Part shown: positions 1-11,719 of the stretch, one piece after another
Layout: each line of letters starts with the position of its first letter
Position numbering within the stretch: the first letter of the stretch is position 1
NCBI GenBank assembly: GCA_965112155.1
Contig: OZ218112.1
From: Podarcis liolepis
Lineage: Eukaryota
Direction: 5' to 3' (one strand)
DNA: 64,000 bases
Program-made: the position numbers and the translations under genes
The notes under the pieces: generated by a model
Told to the model about the DNA's origin: nothing
The model's input: the letters and a program-made list of their open reading frames with translations, nothing else
The model's database searches: none

Positions 1-3000
1 GCGGCCTAGGCCCCTTTCTATGGCGGAAGGGTGGCATCGTTATCCGCCGCTGGCTGCCGGCCCAGGAGGGTGGCACAGGCCTGACTAGGTCTCAAAACGC
101 GGCCTAGTCACTTTCCTCAGTGGGGGGGGGGCGGCATTGCCCCCGCCACTGCCTGCTGCCCCAGGAGGGCAGCAGAGGCCTGAATAGGCCTCAAAACGCG
201 GCCTAGTCCCTTTTCTCAATGGCGGGGGGGGGCGGCATTGCCCACTGCCACTGCCTGACGTCACAGGCCTGACTAGGCCTCAAAACACAGCCTAGGCCCT
301 TTTCTCAGTGGCGGGGGGGCGGCATTGCCCCCCGCCACTGCCTGTCAGCCCAGGAGGGCGGCACAGGCCTGACTAGGCCTCAAAACGCGGCCTAGTCCCT
401 TTTCTCAGTGGCGGGGAGGTGGCATTGCCTCCCGCCGCTGCCTGCCGGCCCAGGAGGGCGGCACAGGCCTGACTAGGCCTCAAAACGTGGCCTAGTCCCT
501 TTTCTCAATGGCGGGGGGGGCGGCATTGCCCACCGCCGCTACCTGACGGCACAGACCTGACTAGGCCTCAAAACGTGGCCTAGTCCCTTTTCTCAGTGGC
601 GGGGAGGCGGCATTGCCACCCGCCGCTGCCTGCTGCCCCAGGAAGGCGGCACAGGCCTGACTAGGCCTCAAAACGCGGCCTAGTCCCTTTTCTCAATGGC
701 GGGGGTGGGGCGGCATTGCCCCCCGCCGCCGCCTGCCGACTCAGGAGGGCGGAACAGGCCTGACTAGGCCTCAAAACGCGGCCTAGTCCCTTTTCTCAGT
801 GGCTGGGAGGCGGCATTGCCACCTGCCGCTGCCTGACGGCACAGGCCTGACTAGGCCTCAAAACGCGGCCTAGGCCCTTTTCTCAGTGGCGGGGAGCCGG
901 CATTGCCCCCCGCCGCTGCCTGACCAGGCCCAGGAGGGCGGCACAGGCCTGACTAGGCCACAAAACGCAGCCTAGTCCCTTTTCTGAGTGGCGGAGAGGC
1001 GGCATCGCCACCTGCCGCTGCCTGCCGGCCCAGGAGGGTGGCACAGGCCTGACTAGGCCTCAAATTGTGGCCTAGTCCCTTTCATCAGTGGCGGTGGGGG
1101 CGACATTGCCCCCCACTATTGTCTGCTGCCCCAGAAGGGCGGCACAGGCTTGAATAGCCTTCAAAACGCGGCCTAGTCCCTTTTCTCAGTGGCGGAGAGG
1201 CGGCATCGCCACCCGCCGCTGCCTGCCGGCCCAGGAGGGTGGCACAGGCCTGACTAGGCCTCAAATTGCGGCCTAGTCCCTTTCATCAGTGGCGGTGGGG
1301 GCGGCATTGCCCCCCGCCACTGTCTGCTGCCCCAGGAGGGCGGCACAGGCCTGAATAGGCCTCAAAACGTGGCCTAGTCCCTTTTTTCAATGGCGGGGGA
1401 GCAGCATTGCCCACCGCCACTGCCTGACGGCACAGGCCTGACTAGGCCTCAAAACGTGGCCTAGTCCCTTTTCTCAGTGGCGGGGACCCGGCTTTAACCC
1501 CCCGCCGCTGCCTGTCAGCCCAGGAGGGCGGCACAGGCCTGACTAGGCCTCAAAACGCGGCCTAATCCCTTTTCTCAGTTGCAGGGGGTGGCATTGCCGC
1601 GTACCGGCCCAGCAGCGCAGCCTAGGCCTCACTAGGCCTCAAAACGTGGCCTAGTCCCTTTTCTCAGTGGGGGGGAGCCGGCATTAACCCCCCGCCGCTG
1701 CCTGTCAGCCCAGGAGGGCGGCACAGGCCTGACTAGGCCTCAAAACGCGGCCTAATCCCTTTTCTCAGTTGCAGGGGGTGGCATTGCCGCGTACCGCCGC
1801 GTACCGGCCCAGCAGCGCAGCCTAGGCCTCACTAGGCCTCAAAACGTGGCCTAGTCCCTTTCCTCAGTGGGGGGTTGGCATTGCCCACCGCCACTGCCTG
1901 ATGGCTCAGGCCTGACTAGGCCTCAAAACGTGGCCTAGTCCCTTTTCTCAGTGGCGGGGGGGGGCGGCATTGCCCACCACCGCTGCCTGATGGCACAGGC
2001 CTGACTAGGCCTCAAAACGCAGCCTAGTCCCTTTTCTCAATGGTGGGGGGGGCGGCATTGCCCACCGCCGCTGCCTGACGGCACAGGCCTGACTCGGCCT
2101 CAAAACATGGCCTAGTCCCTTTTCTCAGTGGGGGGGGGTCGGCATTGCCTCCGCCACTGCCTGACGGCACAGGCCTGACTAGGCCCAAAAACGTGGCATA
2201 AGCCCTTTTCTATGGCGGAGAGGTGGCATCGTTATCCGCCGCTGCCTGCCGGCCCAGGAGGGTGGCACAGGCCTGACTAGGCCACCAAACACGGCCTAGT
2301 CCCTTTTCTCACTGGCGGGGGGGGCAGGAGGGCGGCACAGGCCTGACTAGGCCTCAAAACGCGGCCTAGTCCCTTTTCTCAGTGGCGGGGGGAGCCAGCA
2401 TTGCCCCCCGCCGCTGCCTGATGGCACAGGCCTGACTAGGCCTCAAAACGCAGCCTAGTCCCTTTTCTCAATGGTGGGGGGGCGGCATTGCCCACCGCCG
2501 CTGCCTGATGGCACAGGCCTGACTAGGCCTCAAAACGCACCCTAGTCCATTTTTTCGATGGTGGGGGGGCGCCATTGCCCACCGCCGCTGCCTGACGGCA
2601 CAGGACTGACTAGGCCTCAAAACACAGCCTAATCCCTTTTCTCAGTTGCAGGGGGTGGCATTGCCGCGTACCGCCGCGTACCGGCCCAGCAGCGCAGCCT
2701 AGGCCTCACTAGGCCTCAAAACGTGGCCTAGTCCCTTTTCTCAGTGGGGGGGAGCCGGCATTAACCCCCCGCCGCTGCCTGTCGGCCCAGGAAGGCGGCA
2801 CAGGCCTGACTAGGCCTCAAAACGCGGCCTAGTCCCTTTCCTCAGTGGGGGGGTCGGCATTGCCCACCGCCACTGCCTGACGGCACACGCCCGACTAGGC
2901 CTCAAAACGCGGCCTAGGCCCTTTTCTCAGTGGCGGGGGGGGGCGGCATTGCCCCCCGCCACTGCCTGCTGCCCCAGGAGGGCGGCACAGGCCTGACTAG

Positions 3001-6000
3001 GCCTCAAAACGCGGCCTAGTCCCTTTTTTCAATGGCGGGGGGGCGGCATTGCTCACCGCCGCTGCCTGACTGCACAGGCCTGACTAGGCCTCAAAACACG
3101 GCCTAGGCCCTTTTTTCAATGGCGGGGGGGCGGCATTGCTCACCGCCGCTGCCTGACTGCACAGGCCTGACTAGGCCTCAAAACACGGCCTAGGCCCTTT
3201 TCTCAGTGGCGTTGGGGCGGCATTGCCCACCGCCGCTGCCTGATGGCACAGGCCTGACTAGGCCTCAAAACGCGGCCTAGTCCCTTTTCTCAGTAGGTGG
3301 GGGGGTCGGCATTGCCCACCGCCACTGCCTGACGGCACAGGCCTGACTAGGCCTCAAAACGCGGCCTAGGCCCCTTTCTATGGCGGAAGGGTGGCATCGT
3401 TATCCGCCGCTGGCTGCCGGCCCAGGAGGGTGGCACAGGCCTGACTAGGTCTCAAAACGCGGCCTAGTCACTTTCCTCAGTGGGGGGGGGGGCGGCATTG
3501 CCCCCGCCACTGCCTGCTGCCCCAGGAGGGCAGCAGAGGCCTGAATAGGCCTCAAAACGCGGCCTAGTCCCTTTTCTCAATGGCGGGGGGGGCGGCATTG
3601 CCCACCGCCACTGCCTGACGTCACAGGCCTGACTAGGCCTCAAAACACAGCCTAGGCCCTTTTCTCAGTGGCGGGGGGGCGGCATTGCCCCCCGCCACTG
3701 CCTGTCAGCCCAGGAGGGCGGCACAGGCCTGACTAGGCCTCAAAACGCGGCCTAGTCCCTTTTCTCAGTGGCGGGGAGGTGGCATTGCCTCCCGCCGCTG
3801 CCTGCCGGCCCAGGAGGGCGGCACAGGCCTGACTAGGCCTCAAAACGCGGCCTAGGCCCTTTTCTCAGTGGCGGGGAGGTGGCATCGTTACCCGCCGCTC
3901 CCTGCCGCCCCAGGAGGGCGGCTCAGGCCTGACTACGCCACCAAACATGGCCTAGTCCCTTTTCTCAGTGGCGGGGGGGGGGGGCGGCATTGCCCACCGC
4001 CGCTGCATGATGGCACAGGCCTGACTAGGCCTCAAAACGCACCCTAGTCCATTTTTTCGATGGTGGGGGGGCGCCATTGCCCACCGCCGCTGCCTGACGG
4101 CACAGGACTGACTAGGCATCAAAACACAGCCTAATCCCTTTTCTCAGTGGCAGGGGGTGGCATTGCCGCGTACCGGCCCAGCAGCGCGGCCCAGGCCTCA
4201 CTAGGCCTCAAAACGTGGCCTAGTCCCTTTTCTCAGTGGGGGGGAGCCGGCATTAACCCCCCGCCGCTGCCTGTCGGCCCAGGAAGGCAGCAGAGGCCTG
4301 ACTAGGCCTCAAAACGCGGCCTAGTCCCTTTCCTCAGTGGGGGGGTCGGCATTGCCCACCGCCACTGCCTGACGGCACAGGCCTTATTAGGCCTCAAAAC
4401 GCGGCCTAGTCCCTTTTCTCAGTGGCGGGGAGGTGGCATTGCCTCCCGCCGCTGCCGGCCGGCCCAGGAGGGCGGCACAGGCCCAACTAGGCCTCAAAAC
4501 GCGGCCTAGGCCCTTTTCTCAGCGGCGGGGGGGGCCGCATTGCCCCCCGCCACTGCCTGCTGCCCCAGGAGGGCGGCACAGGCCTGACTAGGCCTCAAAA
4601 CGCGGCCTAGTCCCTTTTTTCAATGGTGGGGGGGCAGCATTGCTCACCGCCGCTGCCTGGCTGCACAGGCCTGACTAGGCCTCAAAACACGGCCTAGGCC
4701 CTTTTCTCAGTGGCGGTGGGGAGGCATTGCCCACCGCCGCTGCCTGACGGCACAGGCCTGACTAGGCCTCAGAACGCGGCCTAGGCCCCTTTCTATAGCG
4801 GAGAGGTGGCATCGTTACCCGCCGCTGACTGCCGGCCCAGGAGGGTGGCACAGGCCTGACTAGGCCTCAAAACGCAGCCTAGTCGCTTTCCTCAGTGGGG
4901 GGGGGGGCGGCATTGCCCCCGCCACTGCCTGCTGCCCCAGGAGGGCGGCAGAGGCCTGAACAGGCCTCAAAACACGGCCTAGGCCCTTTTCTCAGTGGCG
5001 GGGGGGCGGCGGCATTGCCCCCCGCCACTGCCTGCTGCCCCAGGAGGGCGGCACAGGCCTGACTAGGCCTCAAAACGCGGCCTAGTCCCTTTCATCAGTG
5101 GCGGTGGGGGCGGCATTGTCCGCTGCCTGCTGTCCCAGGAGGGCGGTACAGGCCTGACTAGGCCTCAAAACGTGGCCTAGTCCCTTTTCTCAGTGGCGGG
5201 GAGGCGGAATTGCCACCCGCCGCTGCCTGCTGTCCCATGGGGGTGGCACAGGCCTGACTGGGCCTCAAAATGCGGCCTAGTCGCTTTTCTCAATGGCAGG
5301 GGTGGGGCAGCATTGCCCACCGCCACTGCCTGACGGCACAGGCCTGACTACGCCTCAAAACGCGGCCTAGTCCCTTTTCTCAGTAGGTGGGGGTGGTCGG
5401 CATTGCCCACCGCCACTGCCTGACGGCACAGGCCTGACTAGGCCTCAAAACGCGGCCTAGGCCCCTTTCTATGGCGGAAGGGTGGCATCGTTATCCGCCG
5501 CTGCCTGCCGGCCCAGGAGGGTGGCACAGGCCTGACTAGTCCTCAAAACGCGGCCTAGTCACTTTCCTCAGTGGGGGGGCGGCATTGCCCCCCACCACTG
5601 CCTGCTGCCCCAGGAGGGCGGCACAGGCCTGAATAGGCCTCAAAACGCGGCCTAGTCCCTTTTCTCAGTGGCTGGGAGGCGGCATTGCCACCTGCCGCTG
5701 CCTGACGGCACAGGCCTGACTAGGCCTCAAAACGCGGCCTAGGCCCTTTTCTCAGTGGCGGGGAGCCGGCATTGCCCCCCGCCGCTGCCTGACGGCCCAG
5801 GAGGGCGGCACAGGCCTGACTAGGCCACAAAACGCAGCCTAGTCCATTTTCTGAGTGGCGGAGAGGCGGCATCGCCACCTGCCGCTGCCTGCCGGCCCAG
5901 GAGGGTGGCACAGGCCTGACTAGGCCTCAAATTGTGGCCTAGTCCCTTTCATCAGTGGCGGTGGGGGCGACATTGCCCCCCACTATTGTCTGCTGCCCCA

Positions 6001-9000
6001 GGAGGGCGGCACAGGCTTGAATAGCCTTCAAAACGCGGCCTAGTCCCTTTTCTCAGTGGCGGAGAGGCGGCATCGCCACCCGCCGCTGCCTGCCGGCCCA
6101 GGAGGGTGGCACAGGCCTGACTAGGCCTCAAATTGCGGCCTAGTCCCTTTCATCAGTGGCGGTGGGGGCGGCATTGCCCCCCGCCACTGTCTGCTGCCCC
6201 AGGAGGGCGGCACAGGCCTGAATAGGCCTCAAAACGTGGCCTAGTGCCTTTTTTCAATGGCGGGGGAGCAGCATTGCCCACCGCCACTGCCTGACGGCAC
6301 AGGCCTGACTAGGCCTCAAAACGTGGCCTAGTCCCTTTTCTCTGTGGCGGGGAGGCGGCATTGCCACCCGCTGCTGCCTGCCGGCCCAGGAGGGCGGAAC
6401 AGGCCTGACTTGGCCTCAAAACGCGGCCTAGTCCCTTTTCTCAATGGCGGGGGTGGGGCGGCATTGCCTACCGCCGCTGCCTGACAGCACAGGCCTGACT
6501 AGGCCTCAAAATGCGGCCTAGTCCCTTTTCTCAGTGGTGGGGGGTGGCATTGCCCCCCGCCACTGCCTGCTGCCCCAGGAAGGCGGCACAGGCCTGACTA
6601 GGCCTCAAAACGCGGCCTAGTCCCTTTCATCAGTGGCGGTGGGGGCGGCATTGCCCCCCGCCGCTGCCTGCCGACCCGGGAGGGCGGAACAGGCCAGACT
6701 AGGCCTCAAAACGCGGCCTAGCAGCATTGCCCCCCGCCGCTGCCTGCAGGCCCAGGAGGGCGGCACAGGCCTGACTAGGCCTCAAAACACGGCCTAGTCC
6801 CTTTTCTCAATGGTGGGGGTGGGGCAGCATTGCCTACCGCCGCTGCCTGACGGCACAGGCCTGACTAGGCCTCAAAATGCGGCCTAGTCCCTTTTCTCAG
6901 TGGTGGGGGGTGGCATTGCCCCCCGCCACTGCCTGCTGCCCCAGGAAGGCGGCACAGGCTTGAATAGCCTTCAAAACGCGGCCTAGTCCCTTTTCTCAAT
7001 GGCGGGGGTGGGGCGGCATTGCCCCCCGCCGCTGCCTGCCGACCCAGGAGGGCGGAACAGGCCTGACTAGGCCTCAAAACGCGGCCTCGGCCCTTTTCTC
7101 AGTGGCGGGGAGCCGGCATTGCCCCCCGCCGCTGCCTGACGGCCCAGGAGGGCGGCACAGGCCTGACTAGGCCACAAAAGGCAGCCTAGTCCCTTTTCTG
7201 AGTGGCGGAGAGGCGGCATCGCCACCCGCCGCTGCCTGCCGGCCCAGGAGGGTGGCACAGGCCTGACTAGGCCTCAAATTGTGGCCTAGTCCCCTTCATC
7301 AGTGGCGGTGGGGGCGGCATTGCCCCCCACCACTGTCTGCTGCCCCAGGAGGGCGGCACAGGCTTGAATAGCCTTCAAAACGCGGCCTAGTCCCTTTTCT
7401 CAGTGGCGGAGAGGCGGCATCGCCACCCGCCGCTGCCTGCCGGCCCAGGAGGGTGGCACAGGCCTGACTAGGCCTCAAATTGCGGCCTAGTCCCTTTCAT
7501 CAGTGGCGGTGGGGGCGGCATTGCCCCCCGCCACTGTCTGCTGCCCCAGGAGGGCGGCACAGGCCTGAATAGGCCTCAAAACGTGGCCTAGTCCCTTTTT
7601 TCAATGGCGGGGGAGCAGCATTGCCCACCGCCACTGCCTGACGGCACAGGCCTGACTAGGCCTCAAAACGTGGCCTAGTCTCTTTTCTCTGTGGCGGGGA
7701 GGCGGCATTGCCACCCGCTGCTGCCTGCCGGCCCAGGAGGGCGGAACAGGCCTGACTTGGCCTCAAAACGCGGCCTAGTCCCTTTTCTCAATGGCGGGGG
7801 TGGGGCGGCATTGCCTACCGCCGCTGCCTGACAGCACAGGCCTGACTAGGCCTCAAAATGCGGCCTAGTCCCTTTTCTCAGTGGTGGGGGGTGGCATTGC
7901 CCCCCGCCACTGCCTGCTGCCCCAGGAAGGCGGCACAGGCCTGACTAGGCCTCAAAACGCGGCCTAGTCCCTTTCATCAGTGGCGGTGGGGGCGGCATTG
8001 CCCCCCGCCGCTGCCTGCCGACCCGGGAGGGCGGAACAGGCCAGACTAGGCCTCAAAACGCGGCCTAGCAGCATTGCCCCCCGCCGCTGCCTGCAGGCCC
8101 AGGAGGGCGGCACAGGCCTGACTAGGCCTCAAAAGGCGGCCTAGTCCCTTTTCTCAGTGGCGGGGAGGCGGCATTGCCACCAGCCGATGCCTGCTGCCCC
8201 AGCAGGGCGGCACAGGCCTGACTAGGCCTCAAAACACGGCCTAGTCCCTTTTCTCAATGGTGGGGGTGGGGCAGCATTGCCTACCGCCGCTGCCTGACGG
8301 CACAGGCCTGACTAGGCCTCAAAATGCGGCCTAGTCCCTTTTCTCAGTGGTGGGGGGTGGCATTGCCCCCCGCCACTGCCTGCTGCCCCAGGAAGGCGGA
8401 ACAGGCCTGACTAGGCCTCAAAACGCGGCCTAGTCCCTTTTCTCAATGGCGGGGGTGGGGCGGCATTGCCCCCCGCCGCTGCCTGCCGACCCAGGAGGGC
8501 GGAACAGGCCTGACTAGGGCTCAAAACGCGGCCTAGTCCCTTTTCTCAGTGGCTGGGAGGCGGCATTGCCACCTGCCGCTGCCTGACGGCACAGGCCTGA
8601 TTAGGCCTCAAAACGCGGCCTCGGCCCTTTTCTCAGTGGCGGGGAGCCGGCATTGCCCCCCGCCGCTGCCTGACGGCCCAGGAGGGCGGCACAGGCCTGA
8701 CTAGGCCACAAAAGGCAGCCTAGTCCCTTTTCTGAGTGGCGGAGAGGCGGCATCGCCACCCGCCGCTGCCTGCCGGCCCAGGAGGGTGGCACAGGCCTGA
8801 CTAGGCCTCAAATTGTGGCCTAGTCCCTTTCATCAGTGGCGGTGGGGGCGGCATTGCCCCCCACCACTGTCTGCTGCCCAAGGAGGGCAGCACAGGCCTG
8901 AATAGCCTTCAAAACGCGGCCTAGTCCCTTTTCTCAGTGGCGGAGAGGCGGCATCGCCACCCGCCGCTGCCTGCCGGCCCAGGAGGGTGGCACAGGCCTG

Positions 9001-11100
9001 ACTAGGCCTCAAATTGCGGCCTAGTCCCTTTCATCAGTGGCGGTGGGGGCGGCATTGCCCCCCGCCACTGTCTGCTGCCCCAGGAGGGCGGCACAGGCCT
9101 GAATAGGCCTCAAAACGCAGCCTAGTCCCTTTTTTCAATGGCGGGGGAGCAGCATTGCCCACCGCCACTGCCTGACGGCACAGGCCTGACTAGGCCTCAA
9201 AACGTGGCCTAGTCCCTTTTCTCAGTGGCGGGGAGGCGGCATTGCCACCCGCTGCTGCCTGCCGGCCCAGGAGGGCGGAACAGGCCTGACTAGGCCTCAA
9301 AACGTGGCCTAGTCCCTTTTCTCAGTGGGGGGGGGCGGCATTGCCCACCGCTGCTGCCTGACGGCACAGGAGTGCGGCACAGGCCTGACTAGGCCTCAAA
9401 ACACGGCCTAGTCCCTTTTCTCAGTGGGGGGGGGCGGCATTGTCCGCTGCCTGCTGCCCCAGGAGGGCGGCACAGGCCTGACTAGGCCTCAAAACATGGC
9501 CTAGTCCCTTTTCTCAGTGGCGGGGAGGCGGCATTGCCACCCGCTGCTGCCTGCCGGCCCAGGAGGGTGGAACAGGCCTGACTAGGCCTCAAAACGCGGC
9601 CTAGTCCCTTTTCTCAATGGCGGGGGGGCGGCATTGCCCACCGCCGCTACCTGACGGCACAGACCTGACTAGGCCTCAAAACGTGGCCTAGTCCCTTTTC
9701 TCAGTGGCGGGGAGGCGGCATTGCCACCCGCCGCTGCCTGCTGTCCCATGGGGGTGGCACAGGCCTGACTGGGCCTCAAAATGCGGCCTAGTCCCTTTTC
9801 TCAATGGCAGGGGTGGGGCGGAATTGCCACCCGCTGCTGCCTGCCGGCCCAGGAGGGCGGCACAGGCCTGACTAGGCCTCAAAACGCGGCCTAGTCCCTT
9901 TTCTCAATGGCGGGGGTGGGGCGGTATTGCCCACCCCCGCTGCCTGACGGCACAGGCCAGACTAGGCCTCAAAACGCGGCCTAGTCCCTTTTCTCAATGG
10001 CCGGGGTGGGGCGGCATTGCCTACCGCCGCTGCCTGACAGCACAGGCCTGACTAGGCCTCAAAATGCGGCCTAGTCCCTTTTCTCAATGGCGGGGGTGGG
10101 GCGGCATTGCCCCCCGCCGCTGCCTGCCGACCCGGGAGGGCGGCACAGGCCTGAATAGGCCTCAAAACGCAGCCTAGTACCTTTTTTCAATGGCGGGGGA
10201 GCAGCATTGCCCACCGCTACTGCCTGACGGCACAGGCCTGACTAGGCCTCAAAACGTGGCCTAGTCCCTTTTCTCAGTGGCGGGGAGGCGGCATTGCCAC
10301 CCGCTGCTGCCTGCCGGCCCAGGAGGGCGGAACAGGCCTGACTAGGCCTCAAAACGCGGCCTAGTCCCTTTTCTCAGTGGGGGGGGCGGCATTGCCCACC
10401 GCTGCTGCCTGACGGCACAGGAGTGCGGCACAGGCCTGACTAGGCCTCAAAACGCGGCCTAGTCCCTTTTCTCAGTGGGGGGGGGGCGGCATTGTCCGCT
10501 GCCTGCTGCCCCAGGAGGGCGGCACAGGCCTGAATAGGCCTCAAAACGTGGCCTAGTCCCTTTTCTCAGTGGCGGGGAGGCGGCATTGCCACCCGCTGCT
10601 GCCTGCCGGCCCAGCAGGGCGGAACAGGCCTGACTAGGCCTCAAAACGCGGCCTAGTCCCTTTTCTCAATGGCGGGGGGGGGCGGCATTGCCCACCGCCG
10701 CTACCTGACGGCACAGACCTGACTAGGCCTCAAAACGTGGCCTAGTCCCTTTTCTCAGTGGCGGGGAGGCGGCATTGCCACCCGCCGCTGCCTGCTGTCC
10801 CATGGGGGTGGCACAGGCCTGACTGGGCCTCAAAATGCGGCCTAGTCCCTTTTCTCAATGGCAGGGGTGGGGCGGTATTGCCCACCGCCACTGCCTGATG
10901 GCACAGGCCTGACTACGCCTCAAAACGCGGCCTAGTCCCTTTTTCTCAGTAGCGGGGGGGGCTGCATTGCCCCCCGCCGCTGCCTGCTGGCCCAGGAGGG
11001 TGGCACAGGCCCGACTAGGCCTCAAATTCGGCCTAGTCCCCTTTTTCAGTGGTGGGGGGGTGGCATTGCCCCCGCAGGAGGCGCCTGCTTACCCGGGAGG
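1..11100. repeat. GC-rich satellite array of ~100-bp and ~87-bp monomer variants with higher-order blocks; runs off the left edge of the window
   Basis: Core GGCACAGGCCTGACTAGGCCTCAAAACGCGGCCTAGTCCCTTTTCTCAGTGGCGG recurs continuously (e.g. gcacaggcct at 361 and 461, period 100). The short variant lacks the CCCAGGAGGG segment. Degenerates at ~11075-11100. Roughly 115-120 monomers (estimated from length). Confidence 0.97.
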
Positions 11101-11719
11101 CTCTGTTGAGATTTAAGATTTAATTTGTCTGTTGAGGCTTACTGTTGTGCTTGGTTGAAGCTGCTGCTGCCGACCCGAGTGGGATTCCCAGGCCCCAGCT
11201 AGGCAGCAGACACTGCCTGCTTGTTTATGCAGCTGGGGGGTGGCATTGCTGTCAGCCACTGGTGTTGCTGGCCAAAATGGAAGGCACGGGCCTCAGCTGG
11301 GCTGTTAGGCCGCCCTGCTTGTTTTGCCACCCGCACAAGGGGGCCACAAGGCGACCTTTTTGAACTGAATCACGCTGGGCTTGCCGGGCTGCAGGGCAAC
11401 CCCCTTCAGTTTTTCCTTATGGGGGGAGCTAAGTCAAGCCACATGGCGGTCATGCTTGCACCCCCCCCTGTTCCCCCAAGTTGGTGTTCAGGATGTGTGC
11501 TAACTGTGTCTATTTTTTGCAGTCTTAGCGTTTGTGCGCAGTTAGGTTGGCTGGTTCTGTCTTTCACCAAAACATTCTGATTGCAAATATAAATAAATCT
11601 AATAATTATAATTAATATAACAACAAACAAAAACAAACTAACAAACAAATACAACAAAGTGCCATCATACTTAGGTATTTGCAGGTCTTAGTAGTGGTTG
11701 ACTTGCTTCAAGGTGCATT

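Noticed and set aside
361-460. Hammerhead ribozyme or rho-independent terminator in the satellite monomer (CTGACTA-stem-CCTTTT)
   Set aside because: Lacks the CTGANGA and GAAA cores; a bacterial terminator is not meaningful in this genome.
4879-10644. Repeated 60-70 aa minus-strand ORFs (MRPSQACAALLG..., MPPSWAGRQ...)
   Set aside because: By-products of a GC-rich satellite: non-ATG starts, frames broken by variable G-runs, and monomer length not a stable multiple of 3.
1-11100. CRISPR-like repeat-spacer array (constant palindromic core plus variable segment)
   Set aside because: The variable segments are homologous to each other rather than unique spacers, the context is a vertebrate genome, and there are no cas genes.
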